From: Candidatus Cloacimonadota bacterium
GTDB taxonomy: Bacteria; Cloacimonadota; Cloacimonadia; G963667145
Assembly: GCA_963667255.1 (NCBI GenBank)
Contig: OY762940.1
Location: forward strand, 992,001-1,056,000
DNA: 64,000 nt
Direction: 5' to 3'
How positions within the stretch are numbered: the first letter of the stretch is position 1; each line of letters starts with the position of its first letter. Position numbers and translations under genes: made by a program. This document shows positions 59,077-64,000 of this stretch, one piece after another. The notes below the pieces were generated by a model. That model had not been told where the DNA came from. It was given only the letters and a program-made list of their open reading frames with translations, and did no database searches.

Positions 59077-61206
59077 ATGAGAGGCAAAATTAAATTTAGA
59101 CGGTTGCTGGGGGTTGTATTTGTGTTTGTTTTTTTTAGTTATAGTTGGGGAACTGTCAAAATCAACGAAATTCTTTATGACCCAGAAGGCTCGGATAGTG
59201 ATAAGGAGTGGATAGAGTTCTATAACAATTCTGATAGTGCCATTAGTTTGAAATCGTGGAAAATTTATTTGGGAGGCAACAGTTTTGCTCTCGCATATAC
59301 TTTCCCTGAAGTGTCCATTAAAGCGAAAGGGTTTTTAGTTGTAGGTTTTCCGGATTTTTGTGATTTGCAAGAAAATTTTGCTTTTCAAAATGGTGGTTCT
59401 GCTACCGATGGAGTTAAGTTGGAAGATAGTGCCGGAGTATGTCGAGATGTGCTATTATATGACAGTCCTAACAGCAATTCTCTGGCAATAGAAGACGGGA
59501 GCATTGGGAATAAATTTGCTCCTGATGTTTCGTCAGGGCATAGTTTAGCTCGGAAAATTGATGGGAAGGACAGTGATAATTGTGAGGAAGATTTTATAGA
59601 ATGTGCAGAGCCGACTCCCGGGAAATCGAATGTGAAAGAGAAACCTGTTTTTAAAAAATGGCAGACGATGAAAATTAGTGAATTGTATTATGATCCTCCT
59701 GGTACTGACGGGGATGGTGAATGGATAGAACTCTATAATCCCACGGATAGTGCGATAAATTTGCAGGGGTGGCAGATTTACGCAGGTGGAAGTTCCTATT
59801 CTCTTGCTTACGAATTTGATTCGTGTTTGGTTGCATCCAAATCTTTTGCTGTGATAGGTGCAAATTCGGAGTTTGATGTTGTAAAAAAACTCTCTTTTCA
59901 AAATGGTGGCTCTGAGACAGATGGAGTTAAATTGTCCTCTCCAGATGGGAGCTATTGTGATGTTCTTTTGTATGATAGTCCAAATACAAATGGGTTGACT
60001 GACGAAAATGGGAAGATTGGTGAAAATTTTGCGGAAGATGTTTCCGAGGGATATTCGCTGGCAAGGGCAAATTTGGAAGTAGATTTTGATAAGAGTGATT
60101 TGGATTTTTCTTCTACCAAATTTTTGACTCCGAGGGCAAAAAACAAATTTCCTATCTCTCTTAAATTGTCGGGGTTCTACAAGCAAAATGAAAAGTTGTG
60201 CACCAAAATTACCAACTTATCCACATTCGATTTGCAGGCGGAATTTGCTAAAATTACACTAAGTTGCAACGGTTCGATTTTGCTTGAGCACAAAGTTGGA
60301 TTTGTGGGCAAAAATGCGAGCTCAGAGATAGCTCTTGACTGTAAAAATAGTAACGACTTTTATCAGGTTTGGAGAGCGAATTTAGCGTGTGAATTGGACG
60401 CTGATACAAGTGATAACACACTTGTTTTCTCAGTAGTTAGCTCTGACATTGGTCTTGTGATAAATGAGGTAATGTGTAATCCACTTAATGGCTCTCCGGA
60501 GTGGTTGGAAATCTACAATGGTGGCGAGGGGAAGCTGACAATTAATGATGTTCAATTGAGGGACAAATCTGGGGATATTACTAAGTTTAGTTTGCAAATT
60601 GATAAGGGCGAATATTTGGTAATTACCGATAATTTAAGCACATTCGTGCAATTTTATCCACAGGTTGACAATTCCAAGATTATTGAGGTCAAAAATCTAA
60701 TCAGTTTGAACAATAGTGATGAAGTTTTGATTTTGGAAGATTGCTGGGGAACGAAATTTGATTCTGTGAGTTATGGGAAAATAGATTTGGCAAAGGGTGT
60801 TTCGTTAGAAAAATTTGGCTATCAAGACCTTGGCAATGTTTGGGGCGAGAGCGTGGACACAGCGACCCCGGGAGAAGCTAACTCGGTCAGAGTTTATCAG
60901 TATAAGCATTATTTTGATACGAAAATTTCCAAAAAAGCGATGAAGCATGGGGAAAATATTACCATTAGTTACAATGTCCCTGAAATTCGCTCAGTTGCCA
61001 GAGTTCATTGCAAGGTGTATGATTTGCAAGGGAATCTGAAAAGAGATTTGCGGAACTACAAAAAATCTGCTGTTCAGGGCAATATCAATTTTGATGGCAG
61101 AGATGACAGAGGCAGATTTTTGGAATCGGGTGTTTATTATGTGGTGCTGAGCGTCTCCAAGGGTAATGCGATTTACAAAAAAAGATGGTATGTGACAATC
61201 AAATGA
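59077..61206 (+). CDS. Secreted lamin-tail-domain protein with a C-terminal FlgD-Ig-like domain
   Basis: Three I[NS]E..Y/C.P.....EW[IL]E.YN units, each ending in TPG/TPR..N; terminal VYDLQG...FDGRDD.G..LESGVY. Confidence 0.8.
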   Translation: MRGKIKFRRLLGVVFVFVFFSYSWGTVKINEILYDPEGSDSDKEWIEFYNNSDSAISLKSWKIYLGGNSFALAYTFPEVSIKAKGFLVVGFPDFCDLQENFAFQNGGSATDGVKLEDSAGVCRDVLLYDSPNSNSLAIEDGSIGNKFAPDVSSGHSLARKIDGKDSDNCEEDFIECAEPTPGKSNVKEKPVFKKWQTMKISELYYDPPGTDGDGEWIELYNPTDSAINLQGWQIYAGGSSYSLAYEFDSCLVASKSFAVIGANSEFDVVKKLSFQNGGSETDGVKLSSPDGSYCDVLLYDSPNTNGLTDENGKIGENFAEDVSEGYSLARANLEVDFDKSDLDFSSTKFLTPRAKNKFPISLKLSGFYKQNEKLCTKITNLSTFDLQAEFAKITLSCNGSILLEHKVGFVGKNASSEIALDCKNSNDFYQVWRANLACELDADTSDNTLVFSVVSSDIGLVINEVMCNPLNGSPEWLEIYNGGEGKLTINDVQLRDKSGDITKFSLQIDKGEYLVITDNLSTFVQFYPQVDNSKIIEVKNLISLNNSDEVLILEDCWGTKFDSVSYGKIDLAKGVSLEKFGYQDLGNVWGESVDTATPGEANSVRVYQYKHYFDTKISKKAMKHGENITISYNVPEIRSVARVHCKVYDLQGNLKRDLRNYKKSAVQGNINFDGRDDRGRFLESGVYYVVLSVSKGNAIYKKRWYVTIK

Positions 61207-63536
61207 ACTATTACAAATTGTATTTTGCTCAAAATTTGGAAGGCGGACTGATTTATTGCAGTAACGACAAACTGTCTCCGCTCGTTAGGGTTTTGGTGAA
61301 ATTGCGGAAAAAATTAACTACCGCTATAGTTGGGGAAGAGGTGCAAAAGCCCGAAGATTTCAAATGTGAGGAGATTGTAGAGGTTTTGGATGATGAGCCG
61401 ATAATAAACGAAGAGTTGTTCTCTTTGGCTGAATGGGTGTCGCACTATTATCATTATCCGCTTGGAATGGCGTTGTTTGCAGTTTTGGACAGAGGAGCGA
61501 GGGTCGAGGTCAATCAGAAAGTTGTAAAATTGCAAGAGGAAAGTGGTGACGAGTTGCTGAAACTTTTGCCCGAAAGTGGTGATATTAGAGTTGAGGATTT
61601 GCAAAAAAAATACGGTAAGAGTGGTTTTTTTAAAAAGTTGGAAGAGCTGGAGAATGAAGGATTTTTAAGAATTTTGCGGACTAATTCCACAGAATCTTTG
61701 AAAGGGAAAGAAAATTTTATCAAGCTCAATTGTGTTGAGATTGGCGACACAAAACTCGGAGTAAAGCAGAGAGAGCTTTTTGATTTTTTGGTGGAATGCG
61801 AAAAAGCTGTTCCTCTCTCGGTTATCAGCAAGAAATTTTCCTATGCTGTGGTGAAAGGGCTGGAAGAAAAGGGGATTGTCGGCAGAGAGTTGCGGGATAG
61901 GTATAGTCAGATATTGGAGTCGCAAGAGGAATCGGCTCCGAGGGTTGACTTGACGGATGAGCAAACGGAGGCTTATTTACAAATCAAATCCGATATTGAG
62001 AAAGAGGTTTTTTCTTCATTTTTGTTATTTGGGAAAACAGGGACCGGAAAGACTGAAGTTTACTTTAAGGCGATGGAAGATTGTTTGCGACTTGGCAAAA
62101 CTGTTCTTTTTCTGTTGCCGGAGATTTCGCTGACACCTATGATGTTGCAGAGAGTTGGCAGGGCGTTTCCCAAAGAGAAGATTGCGATTTTGCACAGCGG
62201 ACTTGCAGGTGTGGAGAGATATTTGCAGTGGAAGAGGGCAAAGACTGCCCAGATTGTTCTTGGTGTTCGTTCCGCTATTTTTGCTCCTTTGCAGAATGTC
62301 GGGCTAATAGTAGTGGATGAGGAGCACGAGCAGACTTTCAAACAAGATAATGCACCGTTTTACAATGCCAGAGATTTGGCTCTAGTGCGAGCAAAGAAGA
62401 ATAACGCTGTGGTCATTCTGGGTTCTGCGACCCCGTCTTTCGCTTCGTGGCACAACGCTATGGCGGGCAAACATATTTTGCTTCGTCTCAACAATAGACC
62501 GTTTAAAGCGAGTTTCCCGTCTGTGGAAATTTTGGATTTGAAAGAAGAAAAATCTTTGCTTACCGAGAGGTTCAAACAATTGGTGCGGGACAGATTGTCC
62601 AAAAAAGAGCAAGTGATTATCTTGCAAAACAGGCGAGGACACAGTTCGTATTTGCAGTGTCGCGATTGTGGGGAGTTGCTGCAATGTCCGCATTGTCAGA
62701 TTTCGCTCAGCTACCATAGCAGTGACAATTTGTTGCGGTGTCATTATTGCGGATTTGTTCGTGAAGTGCCAAAAAAGTGTCCAGTGTGCGGTAATTACGG
62801 ATTTATGAAAGGCGGAACGGGAACACAGAAAATAGAAGAGTTGCTGAATAAAAATTTTCCCAAGGCAAAGATTTTGCGGATTGACAGCGACACGGCGAGC
62901 TCTTTTGCCAAGCACAAGGTGAATTTGGAGAAGATAGAAAAGGGCGAAGTTGATATCATACTGGGAACTCAGATAGTTGCAAAAGGGTGGGATTTCCCCA
63001 ATATTACTTTGGCTGTTGTTTTGCGAGCGGACGATTTACTGAATATGCCGGACTTTATGGCTGGTGAGAGGAATTTTGCCTTATTGACTCAGGTTGCCGG
63101 CAGAACGGGACGGGGTGAGAAAAAGGGGACTTTTTTGTTGCAATCCTACAATCCCGAGAATTTGTGTTTACAGATGGTGAAGTCGGGCGAGTTGGAACAG
63201 TTTGTTGAGGAGTCGCTGGAACACAGGGAGATTTTGGATTATCCTCCATATTCCAAGTTGGTCAGGTTTGTTTTTTCATCGCTGGACAGAGCAAAATTGG
63301 AAAAATTTCTGCAAGAGAACAAAAAATTGTTCGACCATATGGAGAGTAAAATCAAAGTTTTGGGACCGACTCCCGCTCCTGTTTTTCGTCTGAAAAAGCG
63401 ATTTCGGTATCATGTTGTGGTGAAAGCCAAAAATTCCAAAGAGGCAAATTGGGTTGTTAAGTTTATGAAACTGAATTTGACACATCTGTATTCGGTTAGG
63501 CTCACTATTGATGTTGACCCTTATAGTTTATTTTGA
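61203..63536 (+). CDS. priA: Primosomal protein N'
   Basis: GKTGTGKTEVY, PEISLT, DEEHE, SATPS, four CxxC motifs, QVAGRTGR. Confidence 0.96.
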   Translation: MNYYKLYFAQNLEGGLIYCSNDKLSPLVRVLVKLRKKLTTAIVGEEVQKPEDFKCEEIVEVLDDEPIINEELFSLAEWVSHYYHYPLGMALFAVLDRGARVEVNQKVVKLQEESGDELLKLLPESGDIRVEDLQKKYGKSGFFKKLEELENEGFLRILRTNSTESLKGKENFIKLNCVEIGDTKLGVKQRELFDFLVECEKAVPLSVISKKFSYAVVKGLEEKGIVGRELRDRYSQILESQEESAPRVDLTDEQTEAYLQIKSDIEKEVFSSFLLFGKTGTGKTEVYFKAMEDCLRLGKTVLFLLPEISLTPMMLQRVGRAFPKEKIAILHSGLAGVERYLQWKRAKTAQIVLGVRSAIFAPLQNVGLIVVDEEHEQTFKQDNAPFYNARDLALVRAKKNNAVVILGSATPSFASWHNAMAGKHILLRLNNRPFKASFPSVEILDLKEEKSLLTERFKQLVRDRLSKKEQVIILQNRRGHSSYLQCRDCGELLQCPHCQISLSYHSSDNLLRCHYCGFVREVPKKCPVCGNYGFMKGGTGTQKIEELLNKNFPKAKILRIDSDTASSFAKHKVNLEKIEKGEVDIILGTQIVAKGWDFPNITLAVVLRADDLLNMPDFMAGERNFALLTQVAGRTGRGEKKGTFLLQSYNPENLCLQMVKSGELEQFVEESLEHREILDYPPYSKLVRFVFSSLDRAKLEKFLQENKKLFDHMESKIKVLGPTPAPVFRLKKRFRYHVVVKAKNSKEANWVVKFMKLNLTHLYSVRLTIDVDPYSLF

Positions 63537-63551
63537 TTGAGGAAGGAAATT

Positions 63552-64000
63552 ATGTTAAATGTTTTGAAAAATGATAAGACTTCTCTGGCGTTTGAGGTGA
63601 TAGGCTCTTACACTCACGACGATATGGAGACTATTGAGTTTTTGTTTGAGCAAAAAATTAAAATGGGTGCCAAAAAAATAAACATTCTGATAAAAATCGA
63701 TAAACTTTCTTTGGACAAGAAAACAATGCAACTTCTTCTCAAAGAAGCTGTTTACGCTTTCAAAAATCGCAAAAGATTTAGAAATATAGCTCTTGTGGGC
63801 AATTCGCAGGTTAAGAGAGCAATGTTCAAGCTAGATAAGATGGTTTTTAAAGACCAATCGAAAACTATGATTGAGAAGTATTTTGATGTGAAGCATATGA
63901 GCAAGGCGTGGTTGTTTTTGAAGAGTCCCAAAGAAAAATTGGTTTATGCAGGCGTGAAATGTTTTTTGAAATTCGGCTACTACGACACGACTATCAACAA
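63552..64000 (+). CDS. Partial ORF: SpoIIAA-like (STAS/SEC14) domain followed by an apparent TetR-type HTH; runs off the window
   Basis: Translated by hand from the ATG at 63552 (SD GGAAGG): LAFEVIG.YT.DD, RFRNIALVG, KYFD....AW.FL, then PKEKLVYAGVKCFLKFGYYDTTIN. Confidence 0.7.
   Translation, partial: MLNVLKNDKTSLAFEVIGSYTHDDMETIEFLFEQKIKMGAKKINILIKIDKLSLDKKTMQLLLKEAVYAFKNRKRFRNIALVGNSQVKRAMFKLDKMVFKDQSKTMIEKYFDVKHMSKAWLFLKSPKEKLVYAGVKCFLKFGYYDTTIN

Overview
Low-GC bacterial chromosome segment, standard genetic code. The lineage looks like an anaerobic diderm, possibly Cloacimonadota-like, but this is an impression from the protein repertoire and was not tested. The window opens inside a 23S rRNA gene whose helix 45 carries a ~313-nt intervening sequence (25-bp terminal stem) encoding a small GIY-YIG nuclease with its own Shine-Dalgarno site; this is the most striking feature. 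5S rRNA and an aldehyde dehydrogenase follow. Next is an AT-rich, decaying surface-glycan cluster with an IS1595 relic, an IS256-like insertion in a HAD gene and a frameshifted deacetylase. Then come a methyltransferase/ATP-grasp fusion, psuK-psuG, and an uncharacterised two-gene membrane module whose first gene is split by an IS256-like element that has inserted into a copy of itself. The rest is mostly housekeeping: TetR/CPBP/TfoX, metE, rsgA, rlmD, rmuC, gltX, greA, M18 peptidase, two CpoB-like TPR proteins, moaC/mog, comEA, guaB-purL(frameshifted)-purE-C-F-M-N-D-B with no purH, purU, murI, a probably inactive 5'-nucleotidase-like protein, a lamin-tail protein and priA. The window ends in a partial SpoIIAA-like/TetR fusion ORF. 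All calls come from reading motifs by eye; no database searches were run.
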